Source: Ylistrum balloti
Lineage: Eukaryota
NCBI RefSeq assembly: GCF_031769215.1
Contig: NW_026781912.1
Location: 992,001 to 1,056,000, forward strand
Reading direction: 5' to 3'
Length of the DNA: 64,000 nt
Shown: positions 1-13,610 of the stretch, one piece after another
How the letters are laid out: the number at the start of each line of letters is the position of its first letter
Numbering within the stretch: position 1 is the stretch's first letter
Made by a program: the position numbers and the translations under genes
Notes under the pieces: generated by a model
Told to the model about the DNA's origin: nothing
The model's input: the letters and a program-made list of their open reading frames with translations, nothing else
Database searches by the model: none

Positions 1-519
1 CCAAAATCGTGGAGTTCTCAGGACAGACTAGTTCGGGATGTATTGGTAAGGGGTTTTGCGACTTGGAATTTTGTGGAGGGAGACAGGCTTGGATCATTTT
101 AAGTTGAATTTTTGGTAGGTAAAAACGCGTCATATTAAAAAGATAAAGAGTCGGGTTATAGAGAGGAGGGGTGGCGTTAGAGGTCAGAATGGGGAACACA
201 TCCATGAACCTTGGCTGGACTTCAGAATGGGCTAGGGAGGGGAGAGACGTGACATTATAATTCCATGGTTAGTAAAAACGAAAGCTTGATTAGAAGGAAG
301 ACTTTAATTACCCAACGACTGTTTTGGAATTAAATGTACCATAAGAAGGGGATTTAACAAAGGAGAGTAGGTCATGACTCGACAGTAATTGTATAGCAAA
401 ATTTCTGTAAGAATAAAATTGTTAAAATATTCATCGGCCATGAACACGCTTTTCGACTGGACTTAATGAGCCAACATTATTTATACGAAATAATATTAGA
501 ATTGTTATGTATGGTTACA

Positions 520-1250
520 CTCTCGGGATAGAAGTCCATGGGATATACACTCACGCGATATACCCTCAACGTGATATACGCCACCGGATTATACGCCCCC
601 ATGATATACCCCCCAAACGGGATGAACGCCCATGGGATATACGCCATCGAAATATACGCCCTCGGAATATACGCCCTCAGGATATACGCCCTCATGATAT
701 ACCCCCAACGGGATGTACGCTCATGGGATATACGCCATCGGAATATACGCCCTCTGAATATACGCCCTCATGATATACGCCCTCATGATATACGCTCTCG
801 GGATATACGCTCTCGGGATATACCCCGAACGGGTTATACGCCCACGGGATATACGCCCTCATGATATACGCCCACGGGATATACGCTCACGGGATATACC
901 CCGAACGGGTTATACGCCCAAGGGATATACGCCCTCAGGATGTACGACCACGGGCTATACGTCCTCAGGATATACGCCCTCGAAATATACGCTCACGGGA
1001 TATACGCCCTCAGGATATACGCCCTCGGGATATACGCCCACGGAATATACGCTCTCGGGATATACGCCCACGGAATATACGCTCTCGTGTTATATGCCCA
1101 CGGGATATACGCTCACGGGATGTACGCCCACGGGACATACGCTCACGGGATATACCCCCTCGTGTTATACGCCCACGGGATTTACGCTCGCGGGATGTAC
1201 GCTCTCAGGTTAAGTGCCCTCGGGATATCCGCCCATGGGATTTACGCCCG
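520..1250. repeat. 15-bp minisatellite (consensus ~GGGATATACGCCCWC)
   Basis: Dozens of degenerate GATATACGC-core units. They explain the overlapping GYTPT/DIRPR/IYAL ORFs in several frames. Confidence 0.95.
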
Positions 1251-2559
1251 TCTGAAAACAGAAATTCTAATATTTTCAGTTCATATTGTTTCAAATGCCC
1301 AACATACAAGAATATCTACTATGGAGTGAAATAATGAAAGGCAAACAACACGGAGCTTCTTTATGAAATATGGTTATTAGTACTTACAATAATAAATTTG
1401 AAGATGCATTTCATAATAACACAGAATGCATTTAACACTACAGTACCAAGTATAACTTCCATCAAGGACATGATTTCCCATTTTAGAAGAGACGGAAATA
1501 GACATAGTATTGCTCTTGTATCTCTCTGTCTAAATTATTGAATCCTAACCATTAGTAAGTCTTGTCTTGTCAGCTCCACTTTGGTGCTGAAACGTTGAAC
1601 GTGATGGACATTAACCTGAGATTTTATTTCAGAAAAAATCGCATAAATTGCGGAAGCTTTTTGAAACGAAATACCCAAGTGTTTTATCCACGAGTTTTTC
1701 CCCGTTTCCTTCCTCTAATGGAAACTTCTATGGACGGAAGTCAGTTGGCAGATGAAAGCCTATCGACAGACGATGAGCAACAAGCTCAACTCAGGGTAAA
1801 ACATAAATCAAGTCGACCGACATCAATATCGGACCCAAAATTCTTTATTTTGGACATTTCTGATAAAAACTTAGACAGTTATAACGTAACGGCCACTATA
1901 AGTGACAAGTCACTCTGTGTCTCATCCTGAAATGGTTACAACCATGTCAGCACGTGCTTATGTGGGCTTCAAAGTACATGCATCACGTGGTATGTGTCAA
2001 ACTCCCAAAAGACCTTCTTCGATCACGGAACCCTGATTAATAAAAGGTGGCGTCTGTCAAGTGGAATTCTCCAGGGTTAAAGATTAAGAGTACATTATAT
2101 ATCAGCTACTTAGGGTGAAGTAATCATCAACACGTGGTGCGATTTTAGAAGAAACGAATGACATGGTGACACCATTTAACACCGAAATGATACGGGCAGA
2201 TTTTTACTATACGGGAATATCAGGAGAGCCGTCGTCTTGAAAATCCTTAGATCACCCAAAAGACCATTAGACAAAGAAATATTCACACGATAAGCGGCGA
2301 AAACAACTAGCTACTGAAACCAACGTACTGTACTTAACGTTAGTTACCCCTATACCAATATCACCGGCAGTACAAAAGAGTTCCATTTCCGATAATACAA
2401 TTGTCTGTAATGTTTACTACGTCTGATTTTTACTAAAACTGACAATTTTAAAAGACAAGTTGTCATTTATTCAATGAGTAATGTTCATCTTTTACCTCAA
2501 GAGATTATGTAAGATATCCTCAATGATGATCAAACGACATCTTAATAGATAGGGGATAT

Positions 2560-2720
2560 TTGATAGTGTCTTCAGTAATAACAAGTACATTTCACAAATG
2601 TGTCTAATATTTAAAATTTCTCACGAGTGCAAAGCACTAGTAAGACATAAAACATATTAGATAGACAAAAGTGAAATATATTTGTTATTACTGAAGAAAC
2701 AAGCAAAATAGCCAAATTAC
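2560..2720. mobile_element. Palindromic (fold-back) MITE-like element, copy 1
   Basis: Arms ttcagtaataacaagtacatttcac (2571-2595) and gtgaaatatatttgttattactgaa (2671-2695) are near-perfect reverse complements. The centre ctcacgagtgc-aaa-gcactagtaag is also palindromic. A homologous copy lies at ~54975-55165. Confidence 0.7.
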
Positions 2721-5700
2721 GCGACAAGATATAGTCCATTTTTTATCAGTAAAAATATGTAAGCACAATAAAAAAAATAAAATTTCATTGTACATCTATC
2801 TTTATGTTCACATAGAAATGTGATTTATTCATATCACTAGCAGACAAAATCTGCTGTAAAACGTTCACAGAAAGTTGAACTTGTGACAAGTTACTACGCT
2901 GAAAATATGGCGGCAACCTGCAGCAGTCGCTGTTCATGGCAATAATCCCCTTAACATGTCCAGCTGTTAGCTCCACATTCAAGACTTTTGATTGAAGATG
3001 TATTTTTTTAAATAACACTTTTATCAAGGAGATATTTCTCTATATTTCACTGACAAGGATGTAATGAAAATATACCTTATCTATTTCATAAGGCATTTGA
3101 TGTTATTTGACTGTATCGAATCAATTTGGGGAATGCATTTTGAAAAATGTACGATTAATTTAGTCAGTGTCATGCATGAACTGTCATTCAGTTATTGCAT
3201 GGAATATGAATTAATTACTGCAGAAGTAGAAGCATGTCCAATTTGAGGAGGGGGGGGAGTCAAAGTTTTAAAAAATGATTTATCACTACATATCTTTTTA
3301 CCTGTACCTTGTCAATGTGACACCTCAAGCTATGTCAAAGATGTGTCTATTAAACTTTCTTCCCGGGTGCTGACGGGTTATGACCACCATTTTGTCATGG
3401 GCACGTGGCATCTGTGTAAACGTCGTTGCATGACGGATAGAATTCTGGTGCGATATTCACGTGATTCAGGATTCAAATGTGACATCATTGTGAAACAAAT
3501 TATGCATACATTTCTATCTTAGCCACTTAAAATAATCAAGCATTTTGCGGAATTTTTAAAAACTAAAGAAAAATAGTCTCAAATCATGTAACGTTATAAA
3601 GTACAAGGGCGCCAGAAAATCATGGAAGAAGAATAAGTTGATTAAAAATAACAATCGACCTCTACACCAGTTGTTCTCATTAAGTAACTTGGCATTAAAA
3701 AAAAATTATCTACCAAAATTTACATCAGGGATGTTATGGACAAAGAACAAGATACTTGCTCTTCTGAAACATCTGGTCTTTTTCTCCTCCTTTTCCTCCC
3801 AAGGGCGAACGCTTATTTAATGACCAACAGCGAAGTATTGTCGAAACTGGAAATTAGAAATAGCAAATCTCTTAACCCTTAACAGTCATCGAAGACCATA
3901 TTGCTTAGTGACGTCATTTCTCTGACCCTATGGACCAACGTAAATAAATATCTCATTATGATTTAGACATAAATTCAGCCGTAAGTTTGCGAACTATTGT
4001 ATCTCATCCAATGACCCTTTATGAGGAGTGTCCTCTCTTGGAAAATAGCCTTCCATGATTGATACAATGGAAACATCATCCATTTCATGTCAAGGTGGCT
4101 GTGGCGCTTGACAACCACATTTTAAAAATAAATCACCCCCAATGATAACGATTTTTAGAGTGTTGTTTCGTCAGAACTACTTTGATTACAAATATTCCAA
4201 CTCTCTTGCTGTTTCTTCTTTCAAACGATGATTTACGAGATAATTCAATACCCACAAATCAAATGAAAGGAAATTAGCATTTCATAAAGCGTCTTAAAAC
4301 ATCTCTAAACCAATGAAAGCTAATTACATTCATGAACTAATTAGTTAATCACTACTCCAAAACAAAAAGCTGATCGCACGACCTCATATATTACAATAAT
4401 AAATAAAAAGTCCTTATTGGAAAGAGGGAAAGAGGATATAAAACTTGGGAATAGATTGCCTCCGGATTGAAAAAAAAATATGTTGAAGAATAATAGTAAA
4501 AACAGTACTGGGAAAACGAGAAATGAGAATATCAAAATATTCAAAGCCAAACCCATAAATAGTTATGACTTGGTATAAAATACAGCGTAATATGATCGCT
4601 TGAAAGAGATATTGGGGTTTCAACATGTTCCGAGAAAACTGTGGAAGATTTTGTCAGAACGCCCAAACCTATTAAAGTCACTCACAAAATAAAAATCAAT
4701 ATCTGAGCTCTCACAAATATCGTTTTATACATATCAATGTCGTCTTGATAGGAGAGTTTCCAAGGTAATACACAATCCTGTATGCAAGATTTTCTTTTCC
4801 AGATTCATATTTCATAATCAATATCTCAAATTCAATTTCAGTCGGTACAGTAAGTTGAACCATAAAGTGAATTTACATGAAGTTCCATACAGGATTTAAA
4901 TTAATTCTATCTCCGTTTTAAGAGAAAAAAAAACATAATAATTGAAATGAAATTCATTCGATTTTATCCTCTGAGAGCATTTTTTTCTTCTTTTAAATTA
5001 AATTTAATAAAAAAAAACATCATATGATTTAATAAAAAAAATCATTTCTGTGCGTTGATGTCTGTTGTGGATAAATGTCTTAACGAAGACAATAGACGTT
5101 ACAACTGATGACAACAATATTGTTCCCATTTCTTAAGTTTTAGATTCGATTGTTGAAATGATTCAATACAGATGGGATTATTGAAATACAGCAGTTAGAT
5201 ATAATATTTCTTCCGTCCGTTCGTCCAAATTTTGGTTTATGCTGAAATATCATACGTGTTATATACGTGTATTTCAGCTTCGCTTATACTAACTGTAGTT
5301 ATGGTATTAATATTCAATAGTGCTGGTTTGTTGAAATTTAGTTAATTTCTTATAAATTCTGTGAGAATTTTTATTTGTTTTGTCGCAATGATAGCTCTTC
5401 AGGGTTATTGTATTAGGCAAACTATCTCGTTACCTGTGTCTTTATACAAATATATGTGATAGTTGGAAGGGGCATAACTCCTACAAAATCTTCACAGAAC
5501 ATGCTACTTTAAGTTTGGTGTATTTTAACTTGTTGTTGAAAAAACAATCAGACCCAACTCTTAACGTAAACATGAATTACTGATGTTCGCTCAATTAGAA
5601 ATTTTTAATTTTAAACTAGCACTGTTACAATTATCGTAATATCATAAAAACTAAAATAAGTTTGTCAAACACATATCCCCACCAACCCCGCTCCCTCTTC

Positions 5701-5894
5701 GATGTCCAAAAATTTTCAAATTTTGATACAAACTTCGCAAAACTTATTATTCTTCTTCGTCCAGTGAGTCGGTCGTCTAGTGTATAAACGATGCTAATGA
5801 TAACCAATGTTTTCGACCTAGAAATGTTAAGTCAAACCCTGCTAAAATTAAAGAAACAACAATAACCTTCCAACTTAACTGCGGGACACAGGGA

Positions 5895-6290
5895 CGATTT
5901 TCCAACCCACAGTTCATTATATACATAGACCTTGGGTTGGAAGTTTGTGACGATTTTCCAACCCACAGATCATTATATATATAGACCTTGGGTTGGAAGT
6001 TTGTGACGATTTTCCAACCCACAGATCATTATATATATAGACCTTGGGTTGGAAGTTTGTGACGATTTTCCAACCCACAGATCATTATATATATAGACCT
6101 TGGGTTGGAAGTTTGTGACGATTTCCAACCCACATATCATTATATATATAGACCTTGGGTTGGAAGTTTGTGACGATTTCCAACCCACAGATCATTATAT
6201 ATATAGACCTTGGGTTGGAAGTTTGTGACGATTTCCAACCCACAGATCATTATATATATAGACCTTGGGTTGGAAATTTGTGACGATTCC
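5895..6290. repeat. 55-56-bp tandem repeat, ~7 copies, each with an internal inverted repeat
   Basis: Unit ccaacccacagatcattatatatatagaccttgggttggaagtttgtgacgattt(t). ttccaaccca / tgggttggaa forms a 10-bp stem. Confidence 0.95.
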
Positions 6291-7117
6291 CTGTCGGGGG
6301 GAATGGGGGCGTGATTGTCATTATAACCACTTAAGTATCATTGTTTTGGTTCTTGATGCTTTGAACAAACAGATAACACTTTCGCCTACACAGTGGTCAA
6401 CTCATCAGCCCAGAAATGAGTGATTTAAGTAATTGTATATTACAATAGTTTACTAATTGGGGTTATTTAAGTCAATCCAAGTATCAGTTACTGTAATTTT
6501 TAATTTACTGGAATACGGAAACTCTTATCGTGAAATAAATTAATAAGATATGTCATACTGACCTTAATGGCGACACTTTCTCACAGTAAAAAGTGTTTTT
6601 GAAGTAGTCCAAGAGCTACTTCGTATGTATAAATCATTTGTCCTAAACGTGTCGTCTTTTATGTGCAACATGTGACACGACTGGTCTATTAAGTAGGATC
6701 ATTTCCATGTGAATTTTTCTGTCCTTTTCAGATTAAAGATGAGCTGATAGATTTAACATAAAAGTGGAGATGATGGATACTACATAATCTACCTCTATAC
6801 CAATATCTTAACTTATTTTAGAAAGCGTTATAGTCATCCGGACGTGATATCCTATACAGACATGCTATATTTTTAATAATCAGCAAATACTGACACTTTC
6901 TCACAGTAAAAAAAAAATATTGACTGCATATTTATTCCAATGAAGTTCTTTCCTTACGCATACAACATCATATATTTTGATAAGATTTAGCATTTTGTTA
7001 CCTTATGTTAATTAGCGAAGTTGAAATGACTTGTGTTCATTCCGTTCCCTCTCCCTGTTTCATTTCCGATGTTTTAGTATTACCTGGAGGATTGTGGGAA
7101 GGCAGAGAAAAACAAAC

Positions 7118-10100
7118 ATGGCGCTCTCCAGTAGATTTTCATCGAAAATCTTACGGTCGACTTGTAGACTTGCTAGAAGATATCTTTGTTCAAGTATAAG
7201 TAATAATGTATGTTAAAATTTATATAAATAACAAAGCATAATGTGTTGTTAAGCATGTTATGTATTGATAGTTCTGTATTCATCAGATGCCGGTATCTGC
7301 TAGTTGTAATTGAAAGGTCGATAATGATAATGTGATGTAACAAATGTGTTTTGCTTTAATAAACATTCATTAAAGTGGACATTATACAACAGAATAGGAA
7401 ATTAACCCTTATCTTATACCAAAATGCCGTTGTTCGATATGATATAAATGATAAATACATCGTAGTTGGTTGCGTTCAGCTACTTTCGTTTTACGTATAT
7501 TTATTAGGGACAAGGACATGTGTATGGAACTTGTTTAAGCATGCATACTGCCGACGTTTCGATTGCACTTGCCTGAAACGAAACAACTAGATATTTATGT
7601 ATTATCAGTATGAATTGTGTGCTATTTTTCTTATTGTTATTGTGATATTTTCATAGACCTGACCTTCATATTATACATGTTAATCTAATACAGAGTTTTT
7701 TTCAGATCTATCCCTTGCAGATTCACAACGATCTCCAAATATATTTATCATCATATAACATTTTATCCACAGAACGTTACATTTCCTGAGCGAGTATTTT
7801 CTGGAATCCAGCCAACAGGAATTCCTCACATTGGTAACTACTTTGGTGCTATCAAGAACTGGGTCAAGTTACAGGATGCACATGAAAATGTCATGTACAG
7901 TATTGTGGATCTACACTCAATCACAGTTCCCCAAGACCCTGCAGTCCTCAGGTGAAATATTTAAAAGGAAATGTGTTAAATGAGATATTTTCCTGTTATT
8001 TCTTTCATAAACCCTTTTATCTGCATTTACAGAAAGTTTGTCAGCAGATAATTTTTAATGAACTCTGTAACAGTAGTAGAAAATCTTATAAAAATGTAAC
8101 AAATCTTATGTTTTGACCTTGTAAAAGGAAATAGGACAGGAGTATGTGGTTGGCTGTATCACAAACACTCATGGAAACACCACTGTTTTGTTGTTAAAAG
8201 CTCATCTTAGTAGGTACAGTAAGATGGCACATTTTTGCAATGAAACATTGAAAATTATGTAAAATAGACGGTTTACTATATTTTCTGTGAAGGAGAGTCC
8301 TTATTATTTACATTAAACAGTGTTCAATTTTGTCTTAAGCAGTTTTCATCACATTATTTTTGACAATAGTGTTCTGTCAAAAAAACTGGAATGTTTAATT
8401 TATTTGAGAGTTGTATATAACAAATGTGCATCAGCTTTTACAGGAAGGGTAACATTATTACTTGCTTTTTCCTCTGATATAATTTCCCTGAAAAAAACCA
8501 AGATGACCACAGTGGCTGTCATCTCAATAAGACCTATCTTTAGCTTCTACAGTTATACTATTCTTCAGAAGTTAAAAAATACAATACTTTTTTATCTATT
8601 TTTTCTTATATAATTGTAATTTTTCAAGACATTAAGTTTTTTAAAGTTGTAAAGTGTGAGCTTTCCATGGTTAAAATCATGATATGTGTCTGCTTTTCCT
8701 GGTTAAAATTGTAATGTATGTGTTTTCTGTGATTAAATCTGAGGTACATGTATCAGTATTCAATTGTCAGATTTTATGAATTGCCTGTTTTTGTATTCTT
8801 CGATGTTTTTGCAGCTTCTTAACAGGACTTTTTATATATGATGTATGTGTATCCTGTTCTAAATACATAGGTAACTTCTATTTTAGCTAAACAAATAATT
8901 TTCTGAAGCTTTTGTAGTATATCAATAAATAAGAGGTAATATAGAGTATAGGACACTAGCTATTTTGTATAGTGTTCAATGTTTCATTGAAAAAAAATGT
9001 GCCACCTTACTTGAAGATACGAGCTTAAGTAAACTGTATGTACATTTGTTATGCTGTATAATATTTATTGTTTTTAATATTTGTAGGGAAAACATAATGT
9101 CAATGACAGCTTGCCTCTTGGCTTGTGGAATTGATCCAGACAGAGGAATTCTGTTTCAGCAGTCACAGGTATGGGTCATACTCAGGATAGCTTGTGAAAT
9201 TATATATAATAGTCTCAAAGTTCACTCCTTTGTAAGGTGTTAATCTATTTCCAACTTAAAGATGCACTTCTGTAGAGGACGACAGTTCTATACTGCTGTC
9301 ATTTATCTGTATCACATTTACTATAGTGCAGAACACCTTTTCAACTGCTATTGCCATGATTTGCATGTGCTTACCAACATAACATCTGCTACAATCATAA
9401 TATACAGAGTTGTTGTCCTTTGATTACTTCTTTTTAGTTTCAGAGCTATTTTGTTCTTCTGGTATATTTCAAAAACTTACCTCCTTTTACTCAATGGATG
9501 ACAGTGAGTTATATACAGAAAACAGGTGTCATGTCTTAGTAGATACAGAGTTATAGCCCTTTGTTTGGTTGTCAGAGATGGAGGCTATGCACTGATTTAC
9601 AGTATGCAATCTCCTTTCAGCAGTTGAAATTTACATCAGCAAATATGATGATTTCAGCTTTGAGCTTTATTTGATTTTACAGTAAATTTAAATGTAAACA
9701 AGAAATGTGCCATCTTAATCGGATCTGTATTTATTTATATTTAACACTGTGGGATTGGCGGGGATATTCAAATGGGTTCTGTCCGTCCTTCCGTTGTTCC
9801 GAATGCTACTTCAGCATGATATCTTTATGAAACTTAATTGGTACACTTTTTATGTTAATACCTTGCCCAGTTTCAATTAATGGTGAGTTCAGCGAATATT
9901 TAATGAGGCTGCTGTGACCAGATTGGCTGATTTCTTTAATTACTCTCTGATGCTGCTTTCTTCATGATATGTCTTGAAGGACCGGTCAAATTTTGATGAA
10001 GCTTGGTTGGTACACTTGTTACCTTAATCCCTTGCCCAACTGTGATTAATGACAAATTCTGTGCATATTTAATGAGGCTGCTTTGATCTGATTGATTGAT

Positions 10101-13100
10101 TTCTTTAATCACTCTTTGGAAATCTTTCTGCACTTTATCTTATGAAGGAATGATAAGATTTTAAGGAAACTTCCTTTTAGACTTATTACCTTAATTGCTT
10201 GTTCAGGTTTGATTATCAGTAAATTCTATGTATATTTAATGAGGCTGCTATGACCTGATTGGCTGAAATCTTTCAGCACCCTAACTGAATGCTTTCTGCA
10301 TGTTATCTTTTGAAGGACCAAATGAATTTGATGAGACTTGCTTGGTAAACTTATTATATAATCTCCTCACTCTAATTTGATCCCATGTGATATTCCATGC
10401 ATATTTAATCATGGTGCCCTCACCTAATTGGTGGAGTTCTTGAAACAGTCTTGAGGATTGCTTTCCACATTTCTTTAGAAGGAATGATCAAATGTTTTAT
10501 GTGACTTGCTTAGCAGACTTAGTATCTTAACCACTCTCTTAAGTTTGATTATCAGTTAACTCCGGGAATTTCTAATGAGGCAGCATTCACCTGAATGGCT
10601 GATTGCTTTGCACAGAATATCTTCTGTAGTAATGATAAGAGACCTTTAAAAGATTATAAACATATCTCTTAATGATTCAGAAATTTAGACACCATAAAAT
10701 CATGGAAGGAGAATCTGAATAATAATGATAAGAAAAAGAACAATAACAATAGGTCTTTTCACCAGTTGGTAAAAAGTCCTAATAAAGCTATAAAAGTGAA
10801 TTCCCACAATGTTTTTAGAAGTCTTATGTTCAAAGTGATGTTGTACTGTCACTGATTAGGATTTGTTTTACTGATAGTAACTTTCCTTTGTAATTTCTTA
10901 TATCTCACTATTAGATGCTGTATTGTGATTTATTAATGTGTAAACCATTTCACTGTTTTGTCATACTTAATCAGTAATAGAATCATTGATTGATCCAGCA
11001 TCACTGAAATTAAGTAACATTACCATTGGGTAAAAGAAGGCAATATAAATGTATGATGAGCTGATATTTACAGTATTATGCTACTAAATTGATTCTATAT
11101 TGATCTCTTTCAACAGAACATTAATCTGAACATAAACAATAAATGGTTTCAATACTCTAGTTTTCCATGTTGCTCAATTTAAATGTGTATATTTAACAAA
11201 TGAACATGGGGGGTGGGGGGTTTGATGACTATGTCCTTGTTACATTTTCTGTATGATAATATGTTCTATTCTTAAACATAAATGCATAAGAATGATGACA
11301 TTAAATAACTTGTTATCAAGTATTACCAGATATTGAGAAATCATATTAGCTACTGATATATATGGAGATAAAGCTATAACTAGCTTGTATAGATAGTGTA
11401 TCATGTAGGAAGAACCTTCAGTTGGCAATATTTTCTCAAAGAATTGTTTACAAATTTCAGTTTAAACAATTATTTATTTTGTTTGGCAAACCATTTGAAA
11501 ATTAATATCACATTACCTGGAAAATTATAAAAAAAAGTTTTCTTGAAAAAAAATTCTGGTGCCAAATAAAGCATGCAAAATAAAATTTCTTAAATTTCAA
11601 ACCTTAGTCAATTACAAAATACTTAGTATGATGATGATTGGATTTGATTGAAGGTACCGTGGCACACAGAGCTTGCCTGGATCCTTGGATGTAATTGTTC
11701 TCTTGGGCGCCTGGATCACCTACCTACTTGGAAGGTATTAGCGACTGACAGTCATGATGGTCTTCTCTTTCCATTCTAATTTCCAGGAAAGTTTGCAAAA
11801 CATATATGACAGATTCAACCAGCAAAGAAGTTAATGCAGATAGCTAATATTAAGGTGTTATTTGGTTCTTTAACAAGAAAATGTCTCATCAACATCAGAA
11901 ACTGTTTTGAAATTATTTTAGCCCCAGTTTTCTTCATCATTATATCATCTCATGTCATATTTATCCTACAATAGGCGCTTGGAACCAACACAAAAACTCA
12001 AAGAAGGAGATGGGCTTATTACTCAACAGCACAGCACTTGTGTTCATTTCTGCTAAATCTAGAATAGAAATAGATGGGCTTATTACAGGACACTAATATA
12101 GCACTTGTTGTAATTTCTAATGAATGTACAGTGAGTCTATGACAAATCTGGGCAGGCTTATAACAGGACACTAATACAGTACTTGTTGCAGACTTACTAA
12201 TCAGTTTTTAAAGGCGTGTTGATATGTAATTATGCAGAAACATGGATAAGAAAAAGGTAGAAATCAGGATATATCATCGATGGTTCTGATTACGGTGGAG
12301 GTTGGCTGTTGTTGAATAATATTTGATCATGTACGTTTAATACAGGAGAAGTCTGCTGGTATGAAGGATGCAATGTTAGGGTTATACACCTATCCAGTAC
12401 TACAGGCCGCAGATATACTTCTGTACAAGTAAGTCTAGATTGGTTGTTAAATCTTCAATATCAAATACATTTTGGTTGGGTTAGTGAATTTCTGTTTTTT
12501 AGCTTGATGTATAAATGAAGTTTATCAAGTACTGACAAAGATGAAAGTTTTGTTTTGAAAAATAGGTCTCGGTGAAATAGCCACCCCATCAAAAACCGAT
12601 GTGTTTCATCTCATCACAATATTGACTTTTACAGAGGAACCAAGGTTCCAGTTGGAGAAGACCAGACTTGCCATATAGAACTAAGTCGTGCCCTTGCAAA
12701 ACTCTTCAACAATCGATTTGGACATTACTTTCCCCAACCCGAGGTATTATTGAGTAAGTATGAATCGTGATTTATTCCTATCACTCACACAAATCTGCTC
12801 CAAAGTGGTCAGAAAATTTGATTGTTTAACATACACTATTTGTTCATTGGATTATTGGGCGTACAGCTAACATTTTGTGATAGATTGGTGAGGAGTATCA
12901 ATTAGTGAAACCATTTTGTACATTTCTGTAATGGTACATTGATAATGTTTGGTGATGCTTCGTAATGAAGAACGATTTATCTAGTGATACAATGAAAGCT
13001 ATCTAATTTTACCCATGTTTCTTATGAATGAACATTAACAACTTGGAACTGGAGGTAGTATTTTGTTTTCAATTTTGTTTTGTTTTTTAAATTTAGCGGA

Positions 13101-13545
13101 AGCTCCAAGGATCAAGAGCTTACGCCATCCAGATAAGAAAATGAGCAAGTCAGAGGCGAATATTAAGAGCAGAATAGATCTCACAGACTCTCCGGATGAA
13201 ATTTTACAAAAAGTGAAAAAAGCTGTTGTAGATAGTCAGTCGGAAATAACTTACGATGAGGAGGGCAGACCAGGTCTTGCCAATCTAATCGGTCTGGAAT
13301 GTGCCATAACTCAGAAATCACCATCCCAAGTGTGTGAGGAGAACATCGGTGTTATGTTGGGACAGTACAAAGTAACGTTAGCAGATCTTCTAATTGCGGA
13401 GTTGACTCCTATAAAACTTGAAATGGAACGGTTGCTGAGTGACCGACATCATATCAGCAATATTATTGAAAAGGGACGTGATAAAGCTATGGAAATAGCT
13501 GGACCAAATATAGCAGAGGTGAAATCTTTAGTCGGGTTTAAGTGA
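7118..13545 (+). CDS. WARS2: Tryptophanyl-tRNA synthetase, mitochondrial (7 coding exons, 360 aa)
   Basis: Exons 7118-7207, 7773-7951, 9087-9168, 11654-11734, 12346-12428, 12635-12753, 13097-13545. All introns are GT-AG with consistent phases; total 1083 nt. Arg/Ser-rich presequence [21 protein letters not shown]; class I motifs [15 protein letters not shown] (HIGH) and KMSKS; [12 protein letters not shown] and VPVGEDQ. Confidence 0.96.
9765..10630 (-). mobile_element. Helentron/HINE-like non-autonomous element with ~168-bp internal tandem array (5 degenerate units), WARS2 intron 3
   Basis: Anchor taatgagg/taatcatg recurs at 9901, 10070, 10237, 10406 and 10573. The terminus ggcgggatattcaaatgg..tctgtccgtcc is the reverse complement of the end seen at ~38870. 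Confidence 0.7.
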
Positions 13546-13604
13546 CAGTTAACATGTTATATATATATATTGTGTAAAGTGTACTTTTTGTGAATCTCTG
13601 GTAA

Positions 13605-13610
13605 AATAAA
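13605..13610 (+). promoter_or_regulatory. Polyadenylation signal of WARS2
   Basis: AATAAA 60 nt after the stop codon, followed by T/GT-rich sequence. Confidence 0.6.

Noticed and set aside
477-1334. Six overlapping ORFs of 72-157 aa
   Set aside because: All are translations of a 15-bp minisatellite; no splice or gene context.
5895-6290. CRISPR-like array of hairpin repeats
   Set aside because: Units are contiguous with no unique spacers, there are no cas genes, and the context is eukaryotic.
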